This document shows positions 1-9,376 of a stretch of DNA of 64,000 nucleotides, piece after piece. The stretch's first letter is position 1, and every line of letters starts with the position of its first letter. The stretch comes from Dehalococcoidia bacterium (GTDB lineage Bacteria > Chloroflexota > Dehalococcoidia > Lucifugimonadales > Lucifugimonadaceae): positions 2,644,984 to 2,708,983 of the forward strand of contig OZ241984.1 of assembly GCA_965204385.1 (NCBI GenBank), given 5' to 3'. The position numbers and the translations under genes are program-made. The notes under the pieces are model-generated. The model was not told the origin of the DNA. It saw only the letters and a program-made list of their open reading frames with translations, and made no database searches.

Positions 1-68
1 TCTTCTTCGAGAGCGGTTTGGACGACGCGTCGGATGTGTTGACGCGAGAGAGGCAAACGATTGCCGCC

Positions 69-833
69 TCAGCTTTGGTTTGCGAGGAACTCTTCAAGAA
101 CCTCGTCGGGGAAGTCGGCGTTGGTGAAGACTTTCGAGACGTCGTCGAGTTCTTCGAGTTCGTCAAGCAAACGGAGAGCTTGGACCGCCTGCGATTTTTC
201 CAGCTCGACGGTGTTATTGGGTATCATCGCCAACTCGGCGTTTTCTACTCGCACGTTGTCCAATGCTTCGAGTTCGGTTTTGGCTCGTGCGAACTCGCTG
301 AATGGGAATGTGATGCTGACTAGGTCGTCTTCGATGTCGACGTCTTCTGCGCCAATGTCCATCACTTCAAGCGCGATTTCTTCGGGATCGGCACCGTCGA
401 CTTCCAATGTGACGAAGCCTTTCTGCTCGAAGTTCCACGAGACTGAGCCGTTGGCTGCCAAGTTGCCTCCGCCTCGGGTTATCTTCGATCGGATGCCCGA
501 GGTCGCACGGTTGCGGTTGTCGGTGAGGGTTTGGATGATGTAACCGGTTCCCCCGGGGCCGTAAGCCTCGTAAGTCAGCTCTTCGAGTGCGTTACCGTCC
601 GCACCCTTGCCGGACCCTTTGGCGACGGCTCGTTCGATCGTGTCTTTGGGCATGTTCTGCGCTTTGGCGTTATCGATAGCCAAGCGCAGTCGGAAGTTCA
701 TGTCGGGATCAGGTGCCCCTTCACGGGCAGCGACGGTTATCTCCCGCGTAAGTTTGGTGAAGAGCTGTCCGCGTTTAGCGTCGGCGGCACCCTTTTTGTG
801 CTTGATGGTGCTCCACTTAGAATGGCCTGACAT
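69..833 (-). CDS. yebC: YebC/PmpR-family probable transcriptional regulator
   Basis: Lies inside ORF 69..1070. The conserved family N-terminus MSGHSKWSTIKHKKG starts at ATG 831-833. The 79 upstream codons are Arg-rich and overlap the next gene, so they were trimmed. Confidence 0.9.
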   Translation of the reverse strand: MSGHSKWSTIKHKKGAADAKRGQLFTKLTREITVAAREGAPDPDMNFRLRLAIDNAKAQNMPKDTIERAVAKGSGKGADGNALEELTYEAYGPGGTGYIIQTLTDNRNRATSGIRSKITRGGGNLAANGSVSWNFEQKGFVTLEVDGADPEEIALEVMDIGAEDVDIEDDLVSITFPFSEFARAKTELEALDNVRVENAELAMIPNNTVELEKSQAVQALRLLDELEELDDVSKVFTNADFPDEVLEEFLANQS

Positions 834-913
834 TTCTTGCCCTCCTTCCGTATGGTCACCTCTGGATTCCAGCGTACGCTGGAATGACGGTGGTTGTGCG
901 AGGTACGAACAGT

Positions 914-1294
914 CTATTCGACGTCGATACCGGCCCGCATGTTTGATTTGGTGGCCGCGACACGCAGCAACGACTGCATGGCGTGTACTACTCGCCCGCG
1001 GCGTCCGATGACCTTGCCTTTGTCGGCGTCGGCGACTTTCAAGTTGATGTTTAGCCGCCCATCGCTCCACTGGGAGCGTACTTCGACAGCGTCGGCATCG
1101 TCAACGAGCACACGCGCGATGTATCCGATCATATCGCGCATCTCGGCTTCGCCTTCGACCTCACCGATGTCGTCTTCCGGCGCCGCCTCAGCCTCCGGGG
1201 TATCGGCATCGGAGATTATCTCATCGTCGGGCGTTTCGTCAGTGTGTTCTTGGGTCAGTTGATCGTTTTCGTTTTCGCGTTCGTCTTCACGCAT
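914..1294 (-). CDS. KH-domain RNA-binding protein (YlqC/UPF0109-like) with an acidic N-terminal extension
   Basis: C-terminus 'IGYIARVLVDDADAVEV...KGKVIGRRGRVVHAMQSLLRV' carries the KH GxxG-type motif. The ATG at 1292-1294 overlaps the rpsP stop (ATGCGTGA, 8-nt overlap). The rpsP-KH gene order is classic. Confidence 0.75.
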   Translation of the reverse strand: MREDERENENDQLTQEHTDETPDDEIISDADTPEAEAAPEDDIGEVEGEAEMRDMIGYIARVLVDDADAVEVRSQWSDGRLNINLKVADADKGKVIGRRGRVVHAMQSLLRVAATKSNMRAGIDVE

Positions 1295-1547
1295 TAGCCT
1301 TGACCTTGTCGAGGATCCCTTTAGACTTGAGCATTCTCTCGACGGGCTCAGAGGGCTTCGCGCCCTTTCGCAACCAATCGAGTGTTTTTGCCTCGTCAAA
1401 ATCTATCTGCGGCGGGTCTGGGAAGGGATCGTAGAAGCCCACTTGATCGATGTACCTGCCGGCAGCGGAATTGCGCTGGTCTGCTATGACGATGCGGTAG
1501 TAGGGGCGACCGCGCGAACCGATTCTCTTGAGTCTGATTCGAACCAT
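1287..1547 (-). CDS. rpsP: 30S ribosomal protein S16
   Basis: MVRIRLKRIGSRGRPYYRIVIADQRNSAAGRYIDQVGFYDP is the canonical bS16 N-terminus. 86 aa. Confidence 0.95.
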   Translation of the reverse strand: MVRIRLKRIGSRGRPYYRIVIADQRNSAAGRYIDQVGFYDPFPDPPQIDFDEAKTLDWLRKGAKPSEPVERMLKSKGILDKVKANA

Positions 1548-1731
1548 TTATCTCCAAGCGATGCTGAGATCGCGTCTTTCGCTTAGTCTGCGTCAACCAA
1601 ATCCGACGCAGGCGCTAAGTTTCGATTTTATCGCAGGTGCGATGGTGGGCAAAATGGGGTGGCAAAGGTAGACAGGATTGGCGGTATTCGAGTTGGCGCG
1701 CGCGTATGCGGTGGGGTGGCTTGATGATGAT

Positions 1732-1785
1732 GTGCAGGTTTCGGTTGTTTGGTTGGTAGGGGCAGGTTTCAAACCTGCCCCTACG
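1732..1785. repeat. Intergenic mosaic repeat (box 'gtgcaggtttcggttgtttggttgg' plus hairpin 'taggggcaggtttcaaacctgcccctac')
   Basis: The 25-nt box recurs at 46641-46665. The perfect 11-bp-stem hairpin is related to the hairpins at 6737-6810. Confidence 0.7.
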
Positions 1786-2135
1786 TGCGTTTGGTTGGCG
1801 GCGCGGAGGGGATGGGTGTAGCTGTAGCTGTATGTCGGGATGGGAACTTGCTTAAATAGATTTACTTGCATGAACAAGCAAGTGCTGGTTTAGAAGCAAG
1901 TTTGTACGGTGGCTGGTGGATCAGAACACAGTATTCTCGGTCATAGGCTGACGCATGTTGCTGAGCCTGAACCCATCGCCGATGCGTGGACAGCGAGTTC
2001 GATGCGTGCTTTAGCTCACGCCACTTCGGCCATCCTTGCAAGCCGCAGGGCACACCGCATTCTCGCTTCGCGAACGAGATGAGATCGTTTGCTAGGCTTG
2101 GAATCGATTGGATGCCGCAAGGATTGCGTCAGAAA

Positions 2136-2822
2136 ATGTTGGTTACAGTTCTTTTCTTCGCCGGTGCCCGAGAGAGGGTAGGTACCGGTCGCGTGGAGGT
2201 TGAGTTGACGCACGCGGCGGTTTTGGCGGACGTCGTGGATCGAGCGATCGGATTGGCGGGGAGTGATGCTGCGTTGCCGGCGGGTGTGATGTTGGCTCGC
2301 AATGGGGTTTACGTGGATCGGTCGGTCGTGGTTGAGGATGGTGATGAGATTGCGGTTATTCCTCCTGTTAGTGGTGGGTCAGAGGATGGTGTCGCGTGTG
2401 GGAGTGAGCATGTTTGGGTTACGGATGATGAGATCGATGCGGATGAGGTTGTTGGTCTGGTTGGTTCGGATCGGGATGGTGCGGTGGTGGTTTTTCATGG
2501 GATTACGCGAGACCATAATGAGGGGCGGGCAGTGTTGTGGTTGGAGTACGAGGCGTACTCTCCGATGGCGGAGGATGTGATGTCGCAAATCATTTCGGAG
2601 ATGCGCGAGAAGTGGGAGATCGGAGATGTTGCGGTTTGTCATCGCACTGGACGGGTTGACATCGGTGAGACGAGTATGGTGCTGGCGGTGAGTGCGGCGC
2701 ACCGTCGGCCGGCGTTTGAATCGGCGCTTTACTTCATCGACAGGTTGAAGGAGGTCGTGCCGATCTGGAAGAAGGAGTATTTTGAGGGTGGTGAGGTTTG
2801 GATCGGGGAGACGCCGGGGTAG
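2136..2822 (+). CDS. moaE: Molybdopterin synthase MoaD-MoaE fusion protein
   Basis: The N-terminal ~80 aa end in 'IAVIPPVSGG' (ThiS/MoaD C-terminal GG). The C-terminal part 'VVFHGITRDHNEG...LEYEAY..MA...VAVCHRTGRVDIGETSMVLAVSAAHRRPAFESALYFIDRLKEVVPIWKKE' is MoaE-like. The start was set at ATG 2136 (MLVTVLFFAG). Confidence 0.85.
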   Translation: MLVTVLFFAGARERVGTGRVEVELTHAAVLADVVDRAIGLAGSDAALPAGVMLARNGVYVDRSVVVEDGDEIAVIPPVSGGSEDGVACGSEHVWVTDDEIDADEVVGLVGSDRDGAVVVFHGITRDHNEGRAVLWLEYEAYSPMAEDVMSQIISEMREKWEIGDVAVCHRTGRVDIGETSMVLAVSAAHRRPAFESALYFIDRLKEVVPIWKKEYFEGGEVWIGETPG

Positions 2823-2904
2823 GGTATTTCTCGCGCGTTAAGTGGGGTTGAAACACGCCGTTACTTTACGAAAGTGAAGTTGTTGACAGCAAATCATGGG
2901 CTGC

Positions 2905-2979
2905 CCATCCCCTCCCAGGCCACCCCCTGCGTCCTCGCTGCGCTCGCCCGCGTCCCCCTCGCTTCACGAAGGGGACGGG
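2905..2979. repeat. Intergenic mosaic repeat ('cctcccaggcc-accccctgcg ... cgcttcacgaaggggacggg')
   Basis: Related to 6761-6839 ('ccttcccaggcgccccctgcg ... ctttgcgaaggggacg'). Confidence 0.6.
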
Positions 2980-2982
2980 AGT

Positions 2983-3966
2983 CTAGCTGATGTTCACGTC
3001 CGCCATGAAGGCTTCGATGTTGATATTTGTGTGGTTTGTTGCTTGGTTGTAGGTGGTGGATTGGTAGCCGTTGGTGGTTTCGATGAAGCGGGTGGAGTCG
3101 ATTTGGGTTGATTTGAGGGGTGCGTCGATATTGATGCGGGCGGCGATGGTGGGCGGAACGATGAGGTCGATGTCGGCTGCGGCTGCGTTGATGTCGATAT
3201 GTGTTTCGCGGGCTATGGTTGGGAGTTGGATTCTGATGTCTGTGACACCAGATTGGATGGTGAGTTTGCGGACGTTTAGGGTTCGGAGGTCGAGGTCCAA
3301 GTCTGCAACGCCCGAGGCGATGTCGATCTCGATTTCGACGTCGGTAGGCACGGTGAGCCTCCAATCTGCGAGACCGATTGGGACGTTCGTAGTGCTCGAA
3401 GTGCTGCTTGACGTAATGGTCTTGCCGTCTTGGGTGGTGTGGGTGGTGTCGCTAGAGTATGTGAGGTATGGGCCGGAAGACGCCAGACGGACCCTTAGGT
3501 TGCCGTTTGAGCGTTTGGTCGTGACACTGGCGGGTTGGTTCTTGAAGTCGACGGCCAACAGTCCGGTCGCTGTCTCGGCACCGGGCGTTTCAGCGGACAA
3601 CTGGAATCCCCCTGCCATGAAATCGGCGTTGAGGTGGAGCGTTTCTGTATCCGCAAGCGGCTCGACATAAGCGGCATGTAGCGGCTGGTTGGGGTCGTAC
3701 TCTGGCACTGAGTAGTACGCGACGGCGATCACTGCTACCAGAGTCGCAGCGATTACAGCCGCACGTAAGAGCGGGGTACGCTTTGCGAAGATGATCTCGA
3801 CGCCGATCAGAACCAGCAGCACTGGCCAGAACTTCGCAAGCTCGAACCATATGCCGAGTGAGACGACGTCGATCGTGGTTAGCAGCAGGAGAACGCCGAG
3901 TGCGAGGAGTAGAAGCCCTAAAAGGACGCCGCCTCCGCGCTTGCCGTCAGATGAGACCGAAGCCAT
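2983..3966 (-). CDS. Membrane protein, LiaF-like / toast-rack (DUF4097-type) C-terminal domain
   Basis: N-terminal TM helices (GVLLGLLLLALGVLLLLTT, FWPVLLVLIGVEII, AAVIAATLVAVIAVAYY) are followed by a beta-rich repeat region ('DVEIEIDIASGVADLDLDL...TIQSGVTDIRIQL...IDINAAAADIDLIV'). The family call rests on pattern memory only. Confidence 0.6.
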   Translation of the reverse strand: MASVSSDGKRGGGVLLGLLLLALGVLLLLTTIDVVSLGIWFELAKFWPVLLVLIGVEIIFAKRTPLLRAAVIAATLVAVIAVAYYSVPEYDPNQPLHAAYVEPLADTETLHLNADFMAGGFQLSAETPGAETATGLLAVDFKNQPASVTTKRSNGNLRVRLASSGPYLTYSSDTTHTTQDGKTITSSSTSSTTNVPIGLADWRLTVPTDVEIEIDIASGVADLDLDLRTLNVRKLTIQSGVTDIRIQLPTIARETHIDINAAAADIDLIVPPTIAARINIDAPLKSTQIDSTRFIETTNGYQSTTYNQATNHTNINIEAFMADVNIS

Positions 3967-3972
3967 AGCGAG

Positions 3973-4674
3973 TTAGCGTCTCGATGCGATGATGGTGGGC
4001 ACAAGGATGAGAAGCCCGAGGACGACGATTACAACCGGCCAAACGATGTCCCATCGTACCGAGCTGATGACGTTGAGTTCTCTCAAGAGCACGGTGGTGC
4101 CAATGGCGATCATGCCCACACCGAACGCGTTTCTGACGACGTGACGTTTTGGTGGGTCCGGGTTTGGGTTTGCTTCGACAGTGTCTTCAGAACCCCCATC
4201 TGAAGAGGCGTCGGTGGATGCGACCCTGGTCCTGCGATTGAGACTTATCAACGAGGGGAGCAGGATCGTTACGCCGACGAGGATGATGGTCGCGGGCCAG
4301 ATGATGTCCCATCGAATTGTGCCGATTGCATTGAGTTGGTTTAGGAGAGTGATCATGCCGATCACGATCAGGGAGATGCCGAATACGGTTCTGATGGCGT
4401 TGAACCCGATCTTGATGGCGCTTTCGGATTTGGCGCTTGAAGCGTCGTCCATCGGGTTGACCTCCTCGGTCATAGGTGGCCGGTCGTCGGGGATGATTGT
4501 TGCCAAAACGATGTATAGCAGCGCGGCGATACCGACGGTCGCCATCGTCAGCAGTACCCATCCCGTGCGTACGAGGATGGGATCGACATCGAAGAATTCG
4601 GCTAGGCCGCCGGCGACCCCGAACAGGAATCGGTTTTCACGGCTGCGGCGTAGTTTCTGTGCTTGTTGAGCCAT
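3973..4674 (-). CDS. PspC-domain membrane protein
   Basis: 'RSRENRFLFGVAGGLAEFFDVDPILVRTGWVLLTMATVGIAALLYIVLATIIP' is the PspC signature, followed by more TM segments. The start was set at ATG 4672-4674 (MAQQAQKLRR). The ORF extends to 4746. Confidence 0.7.
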   Translation of the reverse strand: MAQQAQKLRRSRENRFLFGVAGGLAEFFDVDPILVRTGWVLLTMATVGIAALLYIVLATIIPDDRPPMTEEVNPMDDASSAKSESAIKIGFNAIRTVFGISLIVIGMITLLNQLNAIGTIRWDIIWPATIILVGVTILLPSLISLNRRTRVASTDASSDGGSEDTVEANPNPDPPKRHVVRNAFGVGMIAIGTTVLLRELNVISSVRWDIVWPVVIVVLGLLILVPTIIASRR

Positions 4675-4759
4675 TGGACTTGTCCGTGGCGGGGGTGTTG
4701 GCGAGGGTGTGGTTGTTTGGGTGTTCTGATTGGAGCGGGAGGGCACGCCCCCGGGCCGC

Positions 4760-4812
4760 CCCTCTGGTTCCGGCTTTCGCCGGAATGACGTGGGTGAAGC
4801 CGGAATGACGGG
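4760..4812. repeat. REP-like element 'ggttccggctttcgccggaatgac' (family B)
   Basis: The same core occurs at 26905-26962, 29291-29350 and 50901-38. It contains the hairpin ccggc-tttc-gccgg. Confidence 0.7.
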
Positions 4813-4954
4813 GTCTATGCAAAGGTCATGCTATTACTTGGTTTGTTGGTTGCCAATCGGCAGGATGGCTGGAATCGAGTTGGCCAACTGGCTAGTTTGT
4901 TGTTCATACTTTTGGTTGGTGCGTAGGCGGATACGTGTTTGATAATCTTCGGAC

Positions 4955-6094
4955 ATGTTTGCGGGTCCGTTGCAAAGGTTGAGGGAGCTGCCTTTGGCGT
5001 TCGATCCGCCGGAGCAATCTTGGCGGGACTGGCTGTTGATGCTCGCGTTGGCCACGGTCGGTCTGCTTGAGGGCTTATTGCGAGCGGATGTCGGGTGGCG
5101 ACCGATCGTGGTCGGTGTTGCTGTGGTTGCGCCAGTGGTGGTTCCTTGGGCGCGTGCCCATCCGCTGGCGGCGGTTATCGTAGTTTTCGGTGGCTACGCG
5201 GTATTGCATGTCGACATGCTGATTGCGGGAGTTGACCGCAGCCTCGTCAATCCGTTTACCTTGCTGGTTGTGACGCACGTTCTGGTGCGTTGGGCGCCGG
5301 GTCGACACATCGCGATCGGTCTTGGGATTGCGGCGGTTTGTTGGATGATCGCTTGGAGCATTCCGTCGGAGAATCTGGCAGGAATGATCCTCAAGAGCGT
5401 GGTTATCACGTTGCCTGTCTTAACCGGGGCCGTCGCCCGACACATAGCGGAGCTGCGGCATCAACGAGATCTAGAGTCGCGTTTCAAAGAGCGCCATCAG
5501 ATTGCACGTGAGTTGCACGACACGTTGGCGCACAGAATGACTGCGATTGCGATTCAGGCCCAAGCCGGACGTGCATTGGCGGCATCGAATCCCGAAGCCG
5601 TGCTGGAGGCTTTGGAAACGATCGAAGAGACGGCGTCGGGCAGTCTGCAAGACATGCGTCAGATCATCGGGGTCCTCCGTGACGGCGATGCGGAAATCGA
5701 GGCGTTACATACGGTCGCGGATATCGAACGTGTTGCCAACGCCAACACTGGTGAAGCTCGGGTCAACGTGGATCTGATGGGCGACTTGGACGATCTCGCT
5801 GCATCGGTAGAAGCTGGGTTGTTCAGGGTGGCGCAGGAATCGATCACGAATGCCCGTCGTTATGCTCGACACGCTAGCCGGATATCGGTCCAGATCAACG
5901 GGTCTGATGATTCGGTTCATTTGACGGTGACAGACGACGGCGAGCCAGTCGGGGGCAGGGCGCATGTTGGATCGGGCTACGGGATTATTGGCATGACTGA
6001 ACGGGTGACCGCGCTGGGTGGTGAGCTCAATGCGGGTCGTGGTCCTGACGGTCGTTGGGTCGTTGATGCGCTCATTCCGAAGGCTAGAGGTTGA
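4955..6094 (+). CDS. Sensor histidine kinase (HisKA_3 / NarL-partner class)
   Basis: Multi-TM N-terminus, an H-box 'ARELHDTLAHRMTAIAIQAQAG' and a HATPase region 'ITNARRYA...TDDG...GYGIIGMTERV'. Confidence 0.85.
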   Translation: MFAGPLQRLRELPLAFDPPEQSWRDWLLMLALATVGLLEGLLRADVGWRPIVVGVAVVAPVVVPWARAHPLAAVIVVFGGYAVLHVDMLIAGVDRSLVNPFTLLVVTHVLVRWAPGRHIAIGLGIAAVCWMIAWSIPSENLAGMILKSVVITLPVLTGAVARHIAELRHQRDLESRFKERHQIARELHDTLAHRMTAIAIQAQAGRALAASNPEAVLEALETIEETASGSLQDMRQIIGVLRDGDAEIEALHTVADIERVANANTGEARVNVDLMGDLDDLAASVEAGLFRVAQESITNARRYARHASRISVQINGSDDSVHLTVTDDGEPVGGRAHVGSGYGIIGMTERVTALGGELNAGRGPDGRWVVDALIPKARG

Positions 6095-6097
6095 GTC

Positions 6098-6748
6098 GTG
6101 ACCGTTCGGGTTTTGATCGCTGACGACCAGCCGCTCATCCGTGCCGGTTTGCGGGTGATCCTAGACCACCAGCCTGACATTGAGGTCATCGGCGAGGTCG
6201 CCGACGGACGCCAAGCGGTGGCGCTCGCGCGCCAACTACAGCCCGATGTTTGTCTGTTTGACATCCGTATGCCGGAGATGGATGGGATTGAGGCTACCCG
6301 CATACTCGCCGGGCCTCAAGCCGAAACTCCCTTCGCCATCGTGATGATCACTACCTACGATTTGGACGAGTATGTGTACAACGCCTTACGAGCGGGCGCG
6401 CGCGGGTTCGTTCTCAAAGACGCAGGGCCGGAACTTTTGGGGCAAGCGATTCATGCGGCGGCGAATGGAGATGCGTTGATCAGTCCGAGCGTCACTGCGC
6501 GATTATTGTCCACGTTCGCGCGGGGTCGAGCTAAGAGTAGGGATGTTCAATCTCTGACACTTCTCACCGAGCGAGAGGAGGAGGTGTTGGCGCATGTTGC
6601 CAGGGGGTTGACCAACGCGGAGATCGGCGACGAACTGCATGTCAGCCTCAGCACCGTGAAAACTCACATCGCCAGCTTGATGACCAAACTAGAGGTGCGC
6701 AACCGAGTCGAACTGGCTATATGGGCGCATGAAACTGGACGGGTTTGA
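6098..6748 (+). CDS. Response regulator, NarL/LuxR family
   Basis: Receiver 'VRVLIADDQPLIRAGL...DVCLFDIRMPEMDGIEA' plus a C-terminal LuxR HTH 'LTEREEEVLAHVARGLTNAEIGDELHVSLSTVKTHI'. Confidence 0.9.
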   Translation: MTVRVLIADDQPLIRAGLRVILDHQPDIEVIGEVADGRQAVALARQLQPDVCLFDIRMPEMDGIEATRILAGPQAETPFAIVMITTYDLDEYVYNALRAGARGFVLKDAGPELLGQAIHAAANGDALISPSVTARLLSTFARGRAKSRDVQSLTLLTEREEEVLAHVARGLTNAEIGDELHVSLSTVKTHIASLMTKLEVRNRVELAIWAHETGRV

Positions 6749-6839
6749 AACCTGCCCGTCCCTTCCCAGGCGCCCCCTGCGAGCGGGACGGGTTTGAAAC
6801 CCGCCCCTACGGCGTCGCCCTGGCTTTGCGAAGGGGACG
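6737..6839. repeat. Intergenic mosaic repeat with two hairpins ('ggacgggtttgaaacctgcccgtcc', 'gggacgggtttgaaacccgcccc')
   Basis: It starts on the stop codon of the response regulator. The hairpins may double as a terminator. Related to 1758-1785 and 2905-2979. Confidence 0.65.
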
Positions 6840-6978
6840 ATAGAGGTTATAGTTGAGTTAATGATTTTGTGAGAATTAATGGTTTGTAGCCGCGGCTTGT
6901 AGTTCGCCGCACGTCACGCCATCCTGTTTTTGCTTCGGCGCGCTTACGCTTGTGTTAGACGGGCCGGAGTTCTTACTC

Positions 6979-7935
6979 ATGTCTCAATCGGCGATCCCAA
7001 ATAACAATCTCGTTCATGTGTCGAATCTGGTTAAGGATTACGACGAGTTGCGCGCGGTCGATGGTATCGACTTCGATGTGAAACGGGGTGAAACGTTCGG
7101 GTTGCTTGGTCCGAACGGAGCGGGTAAGACGACGACGATGCGGATGTTGGCGGGATTGTCGCCGGCTACGGCAGGGTCGATTTTCGTTGCCGGTATGGAC
7201 GTTGGGCAGTCGGGGCGTGACGTTCGGAACGTGATCGGCGTTGTGACGCAGCACGATGGGTTGGATAACTCATTGGTGGTGCGGAAGAATTTGGAGATGC
7301 ACGGTTATCTCGCCGGATTGTCGTATCGAGACGCGATCAAGCGGACGAAAGAGGTGCTGGGATTCTTCAACTTGGAGAGTCGTTCTTCGGCGAGCATTCA
7401 CGCGTTGTCGGGTGGGATGAAGCGGCGATTGGCGATTGCGCGGGCGATGATGGCGAGTCCGCAACTGTTGGTGATGGACGAGCCGACTACGGGGTTGGAT
7501 CCGCAGAGTCGGAACCGGGTTTGGGAGCAGTTGGGAGCGTTGAAGGAATCTGGCGTGACGATCATCATGTCGACGCACTACATGATCGAGGCTGAGACGT
7601 TGTGTGATCGGCTGGCGATCATGGATCACGGCAACATATTGGATATCGGAGAGCCTGACGAGGTTGTTCAGCATCATGTCGGGGCTGAAGTGGCGATGCT
7701 GCATGTTAGCGAGACGGCGACGCGGGAGGAACGGGCCGCGCTGAGGAGCAAGCTAGAGGAGGAGAAGCGCGATTACAGCGAGGTGGGGCCGCGGATTTTG
7801 GTGACTGCACCGCGGGGAACGAAGCCGGATGTTTCGACATTGACGGGTCTGGCTAAGATGCGAGTGACGTATCGCCCGGCGCACTTGGAGGATGTCTTCT
7901 TGGTGTTGACGGGAAGAGAGTTGAGGGACGAATGA
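6979..7935 (+). CDS. ABC transporter ATP-binding protein (DrrA/ABC-2 type)
   Basis: Walker A 'GPNGAGKTT', signature 'LSGGMKRRL', Walker B 'LLVMDEPTTGLD'. ATG at 6979; an alternative GTG lies at 6952. Confidence 0.9.
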   Translation: MSQSAIPNNNLVHVSNLVKDYDELRAVDGIDFDVKRGETFGLLGPNGAGKTTTMRMLAGLSPATAGSIFVAGMDVGQSGRDVRNVIGVVTQHDGLDNSLVVRKNLEMHGYLAGLSYRDAIKRTKEVLGFFNLESRSSASIHALSGGMKRRLAIARAMMASPQLLVMDEPTTGLDPQSRNRVWEQLGALKESGVTIIMSTHYMIEAETLCDRLAIMDHGNILDIGEPDEVVQHHVGAEVAMLHVSETATREERAALRSKLEEEKRDYSEVGPRILVTAPRGTKPDVSTLTGLAKMRVTYRPAHLEDVFLVLTGRELRDE

Positions 7936-8753
7936 GCACTGAAGCGATATTCATCAACGAGAACGGAACCGAGTTGAAGACGATCGCAGGTGTCCGGTTC
8001 CGGAGCATCTCGGCGCTGTGGTTGCGACACTGGTTCGCGTTTATTCGTTTTTGGAAGTACGCGGTGGCGTTCATGTTCGTCGAGCCGGTGGTGATGATGA
8101 TCGGCGTGGGTGTCGGTATAGGACGCTTGGTGCCGACGGTGCCGGGTACGGAGATACCGTATCCGGAGTTCGTTGCGCCGGGGATCATCGTGGGAAGTGC
8201 GATGTTTGTGCCAATGGTGGAGTGTTCGATGGGTGCTTATAACCGGATGGAGAACCAACTTTACGATACGCAGTTGACCGCCCCGTTGTCGGTGTTGGAG
8301 GTGTTGATAGCGGACATTTCGTTCGGCGTGACTCGTGCCTTCATCAGCATGGTGTCGATAACCGCGATCGCGGTGGCTTTCGGCTGGATCAATGAATGGA
8401 CAGTAGTTTTCGTGGTGGTTCCCGTATTTCTGGTATCGGTGCTTTTTGCGGGTGTCGGCTTCCTGTTCTCATCGACGGCGCCGCACGTGAACTTCGTGAC
8501 GTTGGTTTTCACCGTAGTTGGCACGCCGATGTTCATGTTCAGCGGGATCTTTTATCCGTTTGAGGTTTTGCCGTCGTGGGCGCAGGCGATATCGAATTTC
8601 ATTCCGTTGGCTCCGGCGGTGAATCTGAGCCGGGCGTTTGCGACGAACGCGATGGATGTATCTTTGATTTGGGACTTTCTGTTCTTGGTCGGGATGATCG
8701 CGGTGGTGTTGCCACTTGCGTATCTGCTGTTGCGTCGGAAGTTGATTTCTTGA
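7932..8753 (+). CDS. ABC-2 type transporter permease
   Basis: Six-TM protein, translationally coupled (ATGA overlap) to the ATPase. Confidence 0.8.
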   Translation: MSTEAIFINENGTELKTIAGVRFRSISALWLRHWFAFIRFWKYAVAFMFVEPVVMMIGVGVGIGRLVPTVPGTEIPYPEFVAPGIIVGSAMFVPMVECSMGAYNRMENQLYDTQLTAPLSVLEVLIADISFGVTRAFISMVSITAIAVAFGWINEWTVVFVVVPVFLVSVLFAGVGFLFSSTAPHVNFVTLVFTVVGTPMFMFSGIFYPFEVLPSWAQAISNFIPLAPAVNLSRAFATNAMDVSLIWDFLFLVGMIAVVLPLAYLLLRRKLIS

Positions 8754-8875
8754 ATTGAACTGGGATGGGAATGATGGGAAGGATCTGGTGGATGGTCGTT
8801 AGGTTTACTGCGCTGATGGGGCACAGCGTGCGGGGAAGAGACGTTGGGGGTTTAAAATGGAGAACATCAAGTAGC

Positions 8876-8968
8876 GGAGGGTTCGCATAGAGGCCTAGTG
8901 CGCCCGCCTGCTAAGTGGGTTGGGGGTGTTGAGCCCCCTCGCGGGTTCGAATCCCGCACCCTCCGCCA
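8876..8968 (+). tRNA. tRNA-Ser (anticodon GCU), class II with long variable arm, CCA encoded
   Basis: Hand fold. Acceptor GGAGGGT/ACCCTCC, anticodon stem CCCGC/GTGGG with loop CTGCTAA, variable arm GGGGGTGTTGAGCCCCC, T arm GCGGG-TTCGAAT-CCCGC, discriminator G plus CCA. Confidence 0.85.
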
Positions 8969-8969
8969 T

Positions 8970-9250
8970 TCACTCGTTTCACCGGGTCCCGCAACATGCC
9001 GTTCGGTACCGGTTCGGCCCTGTTGGGCTCGGCTCTGATCCCTGCTCTCGGCTTCGGGATGCTCATATTCTCCTCGCTGACGCCTTTCCAGCAGTTCGGC
9101 ATCGTGAACGCCATTACGATCGCCTATGCCTTGATTGCCGCGGTCGTGGTGGTACCTCCGGCGATGATCCTTTGGGCCGTTTACCGGCACTACCGGATGC
9201 GAATCGCGGCGGTGCACGCTAGAAGACGGTTGCGCGACAGGCGATCATGA
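8970..9250 (+). pseudogene. 3' remnant of an MMPL/RND transporter gene
   Basis: ORF 8996..9250 'TGSALLGSALIPALGFGMLIFSSLTPFQQFGIVNAITIAYALIAAVVVVPPAMILWAVY' aligns with the last ~70 aa of the intact MMPL at 55490..57970 ('TGSALLGSALTTALGFGVLIASPLLASQQFGITATITIVYSLIVSVLVVLPAMVVWGAY'). There is no upstream body, and it begins right after the tRNA. Confidence 0.65.
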
Positions 9251-9376
9251 CCAAAACCTCAGGTATGACGAACTCTTCGTTTCGAGACTCTTACCATGGC
9301 TTGTAAAGCCACGCGATACGGCGAACGTATTCCGTGAAGCGAACGTGGACATATTTTTGCGCTCTGCGAGCCGAAT

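Noticed and set aside
1593-2053. ORFs 1593..1877 and 1862..2053 upstream of rpsP and moaDE.
   Set aside because: They cover repeat elements ('...GAGLKPAPT...') and have no coding signature. The region is treated as intergenic.
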